A stretch of DNA of 64,000 bases from the NCBI GenBank assembly GCA_009914755.4, contig CP086569.2, positions 18,592,001 through 18,656,000 on the forward strand, in the 5' to 3' direction. Below the pieces are notes generated by a model. It worked only from the letters and a program-made list of their open reading frames with translations, ran no database searches and was not told the DNA's origin. Below are positions 40,301 to 50,958 of this stretch, piece after piece. Origin of the DNA: the human T2T-CHM13v2.0 reference genome, Homo sapiens. How positions within the stretch are numbered: the first letter of the stretch is position 1; the number at the start of each line of letters is the position of its first letter. The position numbers and the translations under genes are program-made.

Positions 40301-42047
40301 ACCCTTCAAAAGAATTTTAAATATATTGTCTGTGACTCTCATCTCTAACCCCTAATGCCCATAAGAGTATACTAAACCTTAACTATTATTAACTCCAATT
40401 GAAAATTGAATTAAGCAGATGATACAACTGGGACAAAACTCTAAATGTTAATAAATATGATAATTAGATACATTATAATGTTTAACAAAATAATAGTACA
40501 TGAAATTTGCTACATGGGGAAGACATTATGCACCTCAATAATTATGTTCATTTTTTAGAAAATTTAGGGTTTGTTTGTTTGTCTTTAACATTCTGAAGCC
40601 ATCGTTTTTCAATGTACCATGTAAACTAAATGATGGGAAAACAGTACATGTTTATCTCAACTGTTACAGAAAATACTTAAAGTTAGTCAACATATTTAAT
40701 GTTAACAACATCCAATAAACTGTGTTTCAAATTTCTTTCATATGATAAAACATCTTTATGCAAAACCTGTAACAATCAGCATCTGAATTGTTGGGAACAA
40801 AAACTTTAAGATGAGGAGCACAGCACTGATGCACACTTTCATCATTGTATTTGATACAGTACTAGAAGTTCCATCCAAAATAATTGGAAGAGAAAAATAT
40901 ATACGAAGCTATTGATATGTGGAAAAATAAAAGTAAAACTATCTACTCATGGATCTCATGATCTCATATACAGAAAATAAGAAAACAACAAGAAATAATA
41001 AAATCTAGTAAACAAATTAAACAAACATACAGTATAAAATATCGATACACTAAAATCTATTTCTACACACTAGCAATAAACCATATGAAAATGAAATTAA
41101 CACAATAATTTTGTTTGTAAAAACAACAAGCTGTGTGTCATCCAACTTCCCTGGAATGCACAGCATCATGCAGCTAGGGGTGAAGGGTGGCCTTGGGGTG
41201 GAGTCTGCATTGCTATATTGGGACCTGTGCTGCACTCTCCGTGGGGCTAACCAGAAACTACTCATGTTCTGGGGGAGTCGAAGTAGAAACATGTAAGTAC
41301 CTAATGGATGGCGAGTAGAAAATCTAGTCATTTTGAAAGCCCTAATGCCACCATGTCAAATGGATATCTTCAGAGTCATAAATTTATGGTAAAAAGAGAA
41401 CATGCATGAACATCAGCAACAAAGAAAGTCATACTGAGTGGCCCAGGTCATTTTGCTGAGAAGAAAAGCATTGAGGTTAATTTGGAGGCATCCCTTCACA
41501 AGTGCTGCCAAAAGCACGGACATATTTTAACAAAATGTTTCACTACGCCTACAGCTCCATAGAAATTTCTAAATTCCCATTTCACCTGAAACTGCAGTAG
41601 AACTGTTGATGACTGTAAACTTTCAAGATTGTATATAAATACAATTAATTGATAGGATAAAATAAATTATAATAAACTGTTAATTTTTTTCAGTGTTTAA
41701 GATCTGTAGTTCAGTTTTTTTTTTTTTTTATAAATAGCACATTCCCTGTGTGAAGGGGCCTATAAAATTAATTGCAAAGAAGATTCTCTTCTGTTTTTTG
41801 CATAACAGAATTGAAATTTTTTTGCATCGTGAAAAAACTAAGGACATTTTCCCAAACAGAGAAATAAACAAATATGCCAATTCACAGGTGATTTTGCCTT
41901 ATCCCTTGAATGTGACTTTAAAATGAGTAATGTCAACACAGAAAATGATGAAAATTAGGCACAAATAAAAAATTGCATTATATACATGTTCATAACTTAG
42001 CCTAAAGATTGATTTTTATCTAACCCTAACATAAATGTTTTATTGAT

Positions 42048-42330
42048 GCCTATAATCTCAGCACTTCTTGAGGCCAAGGCAGGCAGACCACTTGAGTTCA
42101 GACATTTGAGACATGTCCAGGCAACATGGCAAACCTTTGTCTCTACCAAAAAATACAAAAAGTTAGCCAGAGATGATAGCTGAGTCTAAGGTGGAGGATC
42201 AGTTCAGCTTGGCAGTTAGAGGCTGCAGCGAGCCAGGATGGCAATTCCGCACTTCAGGCTGGGAAAAAGAATGAGACCCTGTCTCCAGAAAAAAAAAAAA
42301 AAAAAAAAAAAAAAGAAGAAGAAGAAGAAA
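42048..42330 (+). mobile_element. Alu, older and diverged, with A26 plus a (GAA)4 tail
   Basis: Reads gcctataatctcagcacttcttgaggccaaggcaggcagaccacttgagttcagacatttgagacatgtccaggcaacatggcaaacctttgtctctaccaaaaaatacaaaaagttagcc...ctgggaaaaagaatgagaccctgtctccagaaaaaaa.... Confidence 0.75.
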
Positions 42331-43824
42331 AGGAATAAGAGTTGAAATTTTTTATGTCCTGTGATAAACCTCAGTATTGTGTAACATTGTCTTTTCATTT
42401 TGTTTACTGCTACAATTTAAGAACTTTACTTAAAAACAATTTGGGAAGGTTACTAGGTACAATATTTGAAGAAGCAACAGAACTATACCCCGATGGTCAA
42501 TGAGTCAACTATATGACTTACAAGCAAAGCATCCCTGACAACTTTAAAAAGAGAAAGAATAAAAGATCTGGCAAAGTGTGGTGGCTTAGGATTTTTAGTG
42601 TTCGATTTTTTTTTTAATTTAAGAAATCCCTTTTTACTCTTAGATTAATTATAATTTATAACAATTTAATAGGTTATAGTTTTTTAAATAGAAGTGAAAC
42701 ACTTGTAAAAAAAAATAACTCTCACGTCCCCCCACCCACCACAGTCATCTGAATGGACCCCTCCTTTTGACCAAAGGCATTCCAAAAGTGGTTCAGTTCC
42801 CGACAAGAAAGAGGGACACACATGATTCATTACACGCTCCTCCCTTTTGAACTTTAGAAAAAGTTGACCATCATTAACAGCAATGCATACCTTAAGTCTG
42901 ATAAGGAATATTTACCTTCTATTCTCTCAAGCCTGCTACATGGAGGCTTCATCATCATGATAAAACTTTGGTCTCTACAGTCCTTACTATTTATTGTAAC
43001 CCAGTCATCCCTATCTGTTGATTTTATGTTTTTAGATAATAACTTAACTCTTTCAGCCAACTGCCAATGAAAACATATTTAAATCTACCTGTAACTTGAA
43101 AGTGCAGCCCCATCGCTATTTTCAAGTTGTCCATCCTTTCTTGACCAAACTAATGTACATCTTACATGTGTTTGACTGATGTCTCATGTCTCCTGAAAAT
43201 GCATAAATATAGACTGTGCACACACCACCTGGGGCACATGTTCTCAAGATCTCCTGAGTATGGCTGTGTCATGGACCATTTGTCACTGATATTTGGCTCA
43301 GAATTCTTCAATTAATTTTATGTTTTAATATCAAAGGTTGATACTGTTAGTATATCTCAGCTAATGTAGGATGTCAACCTTTATAAAGTAGACATTTTCA
43401 TCACCATTACAAATCCACTCTCAATTAAACTGTGATTGTCTCAGGAAAAGAAAAAATGTTGTTAACCGGGCATATACCATATATTTAAACTTAAATAATA
43501 ATTCAGCTTCTAATATGCCTACTTAAAATTTTTTCTATATTGTTTCAACTACTTTAGTTCTCTAAGAAAAATGAGTCATTAAAGCATGAAAAAAGTGTTG
43601 TTGGAGGTTGTGATGTCTCCCCTGACCTCAGCCTGTCATAGTAGTTCCACTCAGCACCTCTCCTTTCTCTGTAACAGAATCTCCGCCAGAAACAAGCTCA
43701 GATCATCTGCAAACCACACTTTGGTAGCTGTGACAATGCGTGGTCACTGCCTCGCTCAAGGGACACTTTCGTAAAGTCAGAATTGGAGGCCAGGGCTGGG
43801 AAGTAAGGCTCAGAGCAGTGACCC

Positions 43825-44210
43825 TCCTCAGTTCTGGGTGCTGCAGACAGGGGGTCTTTTCCTCACCTGTCCACCAGATGTCTGAATGCCATGTCCTCTC
43901 CTGGGAGGGTCCTGAGGAGACGTCTTTATTCTCACCTGGTCGTAGCACCAGATGTCTTGTAGCAACGGCCACTCCTGGACATGTCCAGAAGAGAAAGAGA
44001 CTTCATCTTCATGGTGGACGCGACCCCAGGTGGGCCAAAGCTGCGGCCACTCTTGGGCGGGTCCTGAGATGAAGGAGGCTTAGTCTTCACTACGAACGTG
44101 CCTCAGGTGTCCCCAGGTACCCTGAAACCACGGCCTCTCTCCGGTGTGTCTTGAGGAGAAGGAAGTGCTATCCGAGGCACTGTGAGGACACCCTGCTCCT
44201 CAGAGAGTTT
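43825..44210. repeat. GC-rich minisatellite, ~5 diverged tandem units of ~75-85 bp
   Basis: Units begin tc(t)c(c)tgg.. and share ...ggtcctgag(g/a)a..a.g..ctt.a.tc.cac..g...cc/caggtg..c....acggccac. Examples are tctcctgggagggtcctgaggagacgtctttattctcacctggtcgtagcaccagatgtcttgtagcaacggccac, tcctggacatgtccagaagagaaagagacttcatcttcatggtggacgcgaccccaggtgggccaaagctgcggccac and tcttgggcgggtcctgagatgaaggaggcttagtcttcactacgaacgtgcctcaggtgtccccaggtaccctgaaaccacggcctc. Unit boundaries are approximate. Confidence 0.55.
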
Positions 44211-44592
44211 GTTTGCGGGCTCTGCATGCTCAGTGCGTAGGCTCCGTGCACCCTCTGGTGGTAGCCTGGGAAAATTTCTGAAATTCGGGGTGGGTTAATC
44301 CAGGCGACAGTCTCAGGAAGTGGAAGTGAAATAGAGCCAACCTTCCCAAACCTTGAATGGGGATTAAAAAGAAGCAAAGGAGACGATCAATAGATAAAAC
44401 TCAACTGATTTTTTGTCTATCAGCAATCATGAATAGAAATCATTGGAATTTGAAATATTAAAACACCACTTACAATACTACCCAAAAAATTGAGTCCTTT
44501 AAGTATAAATGTAACAAAATATGCAGAATTCATTCAGTAAACAATAAGTCACCTTTGAGAGAAATCAACAGAAATATTAGTAAATGCAGAGA

Positions 44593-44878
44593 GTCCTGGC
44601 ATGTTGGCAGACGCCTGTAATCCCAGCACTTTGGGAGGCTGCCACAGGCAGATCACTTGAGCCAATGAGTCGGAGACCAGCCTGGGGAACAGGGTGAAAC
44701 TCCAACTCTACCAAAAATACAAAAAAAAATAAGCTGAGCTTGGTGGGCACGCCTGTGTTCCCAGCTACTTGGGTCATTGAAGTGGGAGAATCTCAGTGAG
44801 TTGAGATGGTGCTACTGCACTCCAACATGGGTGACACAACTCTTTTTCAATAAATAAATAAATAAATAAATAAATAAA
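44593..44878 (+). mobile_element. Alu with an (AAAT)7 tail (44851-44878)
   Basis: Reads tcctggcatgttggcagacgcctgtaatcccagcactttgggaggctgccacaggcagatcacttgagcc...ggtgggcacgcctgtgttcccagctacttgggtcattgaagtgggagaatctcagtgagttgagatggtgctactgcactccaacatgggtgacacaactctttttcaataaataaataaataaataaataaataaa. Confidence 0.85.
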
Positions 44879-45451
44879 GAGACGTTTCTTGTTCTGGAGA
44901 AGTACATTTATGGTTATTTCAGACATATCCCAATCAAATTCCAGGTAAATATATCAACAAACTCTTCCTAAACCTAGAATAGATGAAATAAGACTAAAGA
45001 AGAACAAAGCTAAAGGAATTACACATCTGGATATGAATATTTACACTAAAGCTAATGTAATAAAGAAGAGTGTGGCATTCATAATTTAACAGACCAGCAG
45101 ATAAGTGGAAGAGAATAGCCCCCAAACTGTCCCAAGTCAACTGATTTTGTCAAAAATGCGAAGAATATTCTTTGGAAAAGATAAAGCTGTTTCACAAGTG
45201 TCAAGAAAACTGCTGGAAACTATATGGAAACAAATGAACATAGACAAAAATTTTATAGTTAAAAAATTAGTCAAAAATACCCATACTTTAAATCTTTTCA
45301 CTGCAAAGTTGTAATTGGAAAGTATCTTCATGGGCCTGGTTTTGGTAATTATTTATTAGCAAGTCCATGAAAGAAAAAAATGGATAATATGAACTTTATT
45401 AAAAGATGAAATGTCTTATCTGTAAAACACCCTGTTACTTTTGAAGGTCAA

Positions 45452-45695
45452 AGCGGACAGATCACCTGAGGACAGGAGTTGCAGGTCAGCATCGTATACA
45501 TGGTGAAGTCACGTCTGTACTAAAAATAAAAAAATTTAACTGGGATTTCTGGTGTATGCCGGTAATCCTAGATGCTTAGGAGTCTGAGCAAGGAGAATCC
45601 TTTGAACTTGGGAGGTGGGGATTGCGGTGAGGCTGGTTCGGGTCATTGCACTCCAGGCTGGGTGACAAAATGAGACATCACCTCAAAAAAAAATA
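45452..45695 (+). mobile_element. Alu, 5'-truncated and diverged
   Basis: Reads gcggacagatcacctgaggacaggagttgcaggtcagcatcg...ggtgtatgccggtaatcctagatgcttaggagtctgagcaaggagaatcctttgaacttgggaggtggggattgcggtgaggctggttcgggtcattgcactccaggctgggtgacaaaatgagacatcacctcaaaaaaaaa. Confidence 0.7.
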
Positions 45696-48600
45696 AGTGA
45701 AATCCGGTAAAGAGAACCAAAAAGCCAGCCACAGATAGAAAAATTTAGCAAACTAATCTGAAAAGCGACTTGTATGTACAATATACGAGGATACCCTAAA
45801 ACTCAAAAAGATAAGCAACCCAATTTCAAGGTAAAACCTGAGTAGATACATCACTAAGGAAGATACAGAGATGGAAAACAGGCAGGCACACCAAACACTG
45901 TTTGCGGAAAGCCTGCTGATTCTGCTGAAGGCTGAGACTCCAAGCCATCCATGGGGAGCAGCAGTGGCTGCCAGAGGGGCAGTGGCTCCAAATACCGCCC
46001 CCACCTACCCCACTTCCGCCCTTCTTCCAGGGTCCAAGGGTCCCCAAGGCCTTGGGCATGCTCTCCTAGAAAGAGCCTGAAGCTGGATACTTTGTTTCTC
46101 GGCTTTTCTTAAAGTTCTGGAGGCTGCCAGATATCCTTAGGTTGGAAGTTTTATTTTGATCCTGAGCACCTTGCGGTACTGACAAGCATTAGGAGAGTTG
46201 GTTTTTAATCTACACTTGTCTTCATCAACAGATAAAAAAATTGGCTCCAATTGCTTTCTAGTAAATTCTTTTAAAATGTTTGGTACAACATATTTTTATT
46301 TTGCTTTCCTAGAGACACAAAGCACAAAGTATTAAGTAAAAGCCATATATGGAATAATCATAAATTCATGGATACTATTTAGTTGGTCATTTAACTTGAC
46401 TATTTTTTATTATAATTTAACTTCTAGGATACATGTGCAGAACAGGCAGATTTGTTACATTGGTGTACATGTGCCACCGTGGTTTGCTGCACCCATCAAC
46501 CCATCATCTAAGTTTTAAGCCCTGCATGCATTAGGTATTTGTCCTGATGATCTCCTTCCGCTTACCCCCTACTCCCTGACAGGCCCCATTGTGTCCTCAT
46601 TGTTCCATTCCCACTTATGCATGAGAATAGGTAGTGTTTGCTTTTCTGTTCCTGTGTTAGCTTGCTGAGAATAATTGTTTCCAGCTCCATTCATGTCCCT
46701 GAAAAGGACATGAACTTATTCTTTTTCATGGCTGCATAGTATCCCATGGTATATATGTTCCACATTTTCTTTATCCAATCCATAATTGATGGGTATTTGG
46801 GTTTGTTCCATGTCTTTTTTGTGTCTGAATAGTGCTGCAGTAAATGTAAATGTGCATGTTTCCTTATGTAGAATGATTTATAATCCTCTGGAGGCACACC
46901 ACATAATGGGATTGCTGGGTCAAATGGTATTTCTGGTTACAGATCTTTGAAGAATCACCATACTGTCTTCCACAATGATTTAACTAATTTGTACTAACAC
47001 CAGCAGTATAGAGCATTCCTCTTTCTCCACATCTTCACCAGAACCTGTTGTTTCCTGACTTTTTAATGGTCACCATTCTGACCGGTGTGAGATTGTATCT
47101 CATTGTGGTTTTGATGTGCATTTCTCTAATGACCAGTGATGCTAAGCTTTTTTTTATATATGTTTGTTTGCTGATTAAATATCTTCCTTTGGGAAATGTC
47201 TGTTCATATCCTTTGCCCACTTTTTGATGGGATTTGTTTTTTATTTTGTTGTAAGTTTTTTTAAATTTCTTGTAGGTTTTTGATATTAGACTTTTTTCAG
47301 ATAGATAGGTTGAAAAAATGTTCTCACATTTTGTATGTTGCCTGTTCACTCTGATGATATTTTCTTTTGCTGTGGGGAGCTCTTTAGATTAATTAGGTCC
47401 CATTTGTCAATTTTGGACGGTGTTGCAATTGTTTTTTGGTCTTTTTGCCATGAAGTTTTTGTCCATGCCTATATCCTGAATGGTATTGTGTAGATTTTCT
47501 TCTAGGGTGTTTAGGGTTTTAGGTTTTACGTTTAAGTCTTTTAGTTCATCTTGAGTTAATTATGTGGTGTGAGAAAGGGATCTAGTTTCAGGTTTCTCCA
47601 TATGGCTAGCCAGTTTTCCCATACCAGGGAATTCTTCCCCAGTTGCTTGTTTATTCAGGCTTGTCAAAGATCAGATCATTGTAGATGTGTGAATTACTTT
47701 AAGCAGCATGGTCACTTTCATGATATTGATTCTTCTTATTCATGAACATGATATTTTTGTGTCCTCTCTTTGAGCACTGGTTTGTAGTTCTCCATAAAGA
47801 AGTCCTTCATATTTCTTGTAATTTTTATTCTTAGTTATTTTTTTCTTTGGAGAAATTGTGAATTTGAGGTCAGTCATGATTTGATTCTCTGTTTTTCTAT
47901 TATTGGTGTATAGAAATACTTGTGATTTTTGCACATTGATTTTGTAGCCTGAGATTGCTGGAGTTGCTTATAAGCTTAAGCAAACTCATACAAAAGACAA
48001 GTTTCTTGTCTACTGCTAAGTAGTTTTAGAGGTGAGATACTGGGGTATTCTAAATATACAACTATGTCCTCTAAAAACAGGGAAAATTTGATTTCCTTTA
48101 TTTTTATTTGAATACCCTTTATTTGCTTCTCTTGTCTGATTGCCCTGGGTGGAACTTTCCACTCTATGTTGAATACGAGTGGTGAGAGAAGCCATCCTTG
48201 TCTTGTGCCTTGTGTTCTGTGTTTTCAAAGAAAATGTTTCCAGCTTTTGCCCATTCAGTATAATATTGCCTATGGGTTTGTCACAAATAATTCTCGTTAG
48301 TTTCTGATACATTCCATCGATACCTGGTATATTGAGTGTTTTTAGTGGGAAGGGATGTTGAATTTTATCTAAGGCCTTTTCTGCAACGAGAGAGAAAATT
48401 ATGTGGTTTTTGTCTTTGGTTCTCTTTATGTGATGAATTACGTTTGTTGATTTGTATATGTTAAAACCAGCCTTGCTCGTTGGAGCTGATCTGATCGTGA
48501 TGGATAAGCTTTTTGATGTGTTGCTGGATTCAGTTTGCCAGTATTTTATTGTGAATATTCACATTGATGGTCATCGGGAATACTGGCCTATTTTTTTTTT

Positions 48601-49243
48601 TTTTTTTTTTTTTTGGTTTCTGACAGGTTTTGGTATTAAGATGATGCTGGCCTCATAAAATAAGTTCAGGAGGAGTCCCTCTCTTTCTATTGTTTGGAAT
48701 AGTTTCAGAAGTAAATGACACCAGCTTTTCTTTGTACCTCTGGTAGAAGTAGTCTGTGAATCTGTCTGGTCTGGGCATTTTTTGGTTGGTAGGCTATTAC
48801 TGCCTCAACTTTAGAATCTGTTGGTCTCTTCAGGGATTCTACTTTTTCCTGGTTTAGTCTTGCAGAAGTGTATGTGTCCAGGAATTTACTTATTTCTTAT
48901 AGATTTTTTGCTTTATTTACATAGAGGTGTTTACAGTATTCTCTGATGGTAGTTTGTATTTATGTGGGATCAGTTTTTACATCCCCATTATCCTTTTTTA
49001 ATATGTCTAATTGATTCTTTTCTTTTTTTTCTTTATTAGTCTGGCTAGCAGTGTATCTATTTTGTTAATCTTTACAAAAAACAAACAAACAAACAAAAAT
49101 GCTCCTGGATTCATGAGGGATTTTCCTGACTCTATCACCTTCAGTTACGTTCTTATCTCAGTTATTTCTTTTTTTGTCTCAGTTTTTGGATATGTTTGTT
49201 CTTGCTTCTCCAGCTCTTTTGCTTTCTTTCTTCCTTTTTTTAA

Positions 49244-49552
49244 TTTTTTTTTTTTTTTTTGAGAAGGTGTCTTGCTCTGTCATGCACACTGGAGTGGAGT
49301 GGTGCTACCTCAGCTCACTGTGGTTTTTATCTTTTCTGTTCAAGAGATTATCTCAACTCAGCTTCCTACGTATCCTGGATTACAGGTGTGAGCCCCCATG
49401 CCAGGCTTTCTTTTTCTTTGTATTTTCTGTGGAGATGGAGTTTCATCATGTTTGTTGGCTAGGCTAGTCTTGAACTCTTGAACTCAGGTGACCTGCCTGG
49501 CACAACTTCCCAAAGTGCTGAAATATCAGGCATGAGCCACTATGTCTGTCCC
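49244..49552 (-). mobile_element. Alu nested in the old L1, minus strand
   Basis: Poly-T at 49244-49260, then gagaaggtgtcttgctctgtcatgcacactggagtggagtggtgctacctcagctcactg...ctcaggtgacctgcctggcacaacttcccaaagtgctgaaatatcaggcatgagccactatgtctgtccc. Confidence 0.8.
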
Positions 49553-50654
49553 TCTAGTTTTTTTCATTGTGATTTTATGGTGTTGATTTTAGATCTTTCC
49601 CACTTTTGATGTGGGCATTTAGTGCTATAAATTTCTCTCTTAACACTGCGTTAGCTGTGTCCTAGAGATTGTGGTAGGTTGTGTCTTTGTTCTCATTGAT
49701 TTTAAACGGCTTCTTTCTTTGTTTCTTAATTTTGTTATTTATCCAGTGGTCAATCAGGAGCAGGTTTTACAGTTCCCATGTAATTTTGCAGTTTTGAATA
49801 AGTTTCTTAATCCTGAGTTCTAATTTTATTCCACTCTGGTGCGAGAGACTGTTTGTTTTGATTTCCATTCTTTTGCATTTGCTGAGGAGTGTTTTGCCTC
49901 CAGTTATGTGGTCAATTTTACAATAAGTGCTACGTGGTGATGAGAAGAATGTATATTCTGTTGATTTGGGGTGGAGACGTCTGTAGATGTCTATTAGCTC
50001 TGCTTGGTCAAGGGCTGAGTTCACGTCCTGAGTATTCTTGTTAAAGTTCTGTCTCATTTATCAGCGTAATATTGATAGTAGGGTGTTAAAGTCTCCTGTT
50101 ATAATTGTGTGTGAATCTAAGTCTGTGTAAGTCTCTAAGAACTTGCTTTTTAATCTGAGTGCTCCTGTATTAGGTTCATATACATTTAGGATTGTTAGCT
50201 GTGCTGGTTGCACTGATTCCTTACCATTACGCAACTCCCTACTTTGTCTTTTATGATCTATGTTGGCTTAAAGTTTGCCTTAGGATAGACTACGATTTCA
50301 AGCCCTGCTTTTTTTTTTTTTTTTTTTTTTTTTTTTTGGTAACTTTCCATTTGCTTGGTAAATATTCCTCCATCCTTTTATTTTGAGCCTATGTGTGTCT
50401 TCACCCATGAGATGGTTCTCCTCAATATAGCATACCGAAGGGTCTTGACTCTTTATCCAATTTGCCAATCTGTGTACTTTAATTGGCAAATTTATTTCAT
50501 TTACATTTAGGGTTAATATTCTTATGTGTCAATTTGATCCTGGCATGGGAATGTTAGCTGGTTGTTTTGGATATTAGTTGATCCACTTTCTTCATAGAGT
50601 TGTTGGTCTTTATATTTTGCTATTTTTTTCAGTGGTGAGTACCGATTTTCTTTT

Positions 50655-50958
50655 GTTTTGTTTTTTGTTTTTTGAGACAGAGTTTCACTCTGTTGGCCAG
50701 GCTGGAGTGCAGTAGCGTGACCTTGGCTCACTGCAAGCTCCGCCTCCTGGGTTTCTGCCATTCTGCCTCAGCCTCCCGTGAGTCTGAGTAGCTGGGACTA
50801 CAGGCACCCACCAACACAGCCGGCTATTTTTTTTGTATTTTTAGTAGTGACAGGGTTTCACTGTGCTAGCCAGGATGGTCTCCATCTTCTGACCTCATGA
50901 TCTGCCCACCTACGCCTCCCGAAATGCTGAGATTACATGCGTGAGCCACTGCACCAGG
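50655..50958 (-). mobile_element. Alu nested in the old L1, minus strand, with a ~17-bp target-site duplication
   Basis: Reads ttttgttttttgttttttgagacagagtttcactctgttggccaggctggagtgcagtagcgtgaccttggctcactgcaagctccgcctcctggg...gcgtgagccactgcaccagg. Flanking repeats are gtgagtaccgattttctttt at 50635-50654 and gtgagtaccggtattttctttcc at 50959-50981. Confidence 0.85.

Noticed and set aside
45850-46080. A locally GC-richer segment with a few CpGs (gtttgcggaaagcc, ataccgcccccacc, cttccgccc) as a possible CpG island or exon
   Set aside because: It is too short and too CpG-poor for an island, and the ORFs are short and unrecognisable. It is mentioned only alongside the repeat-poor segment finding.
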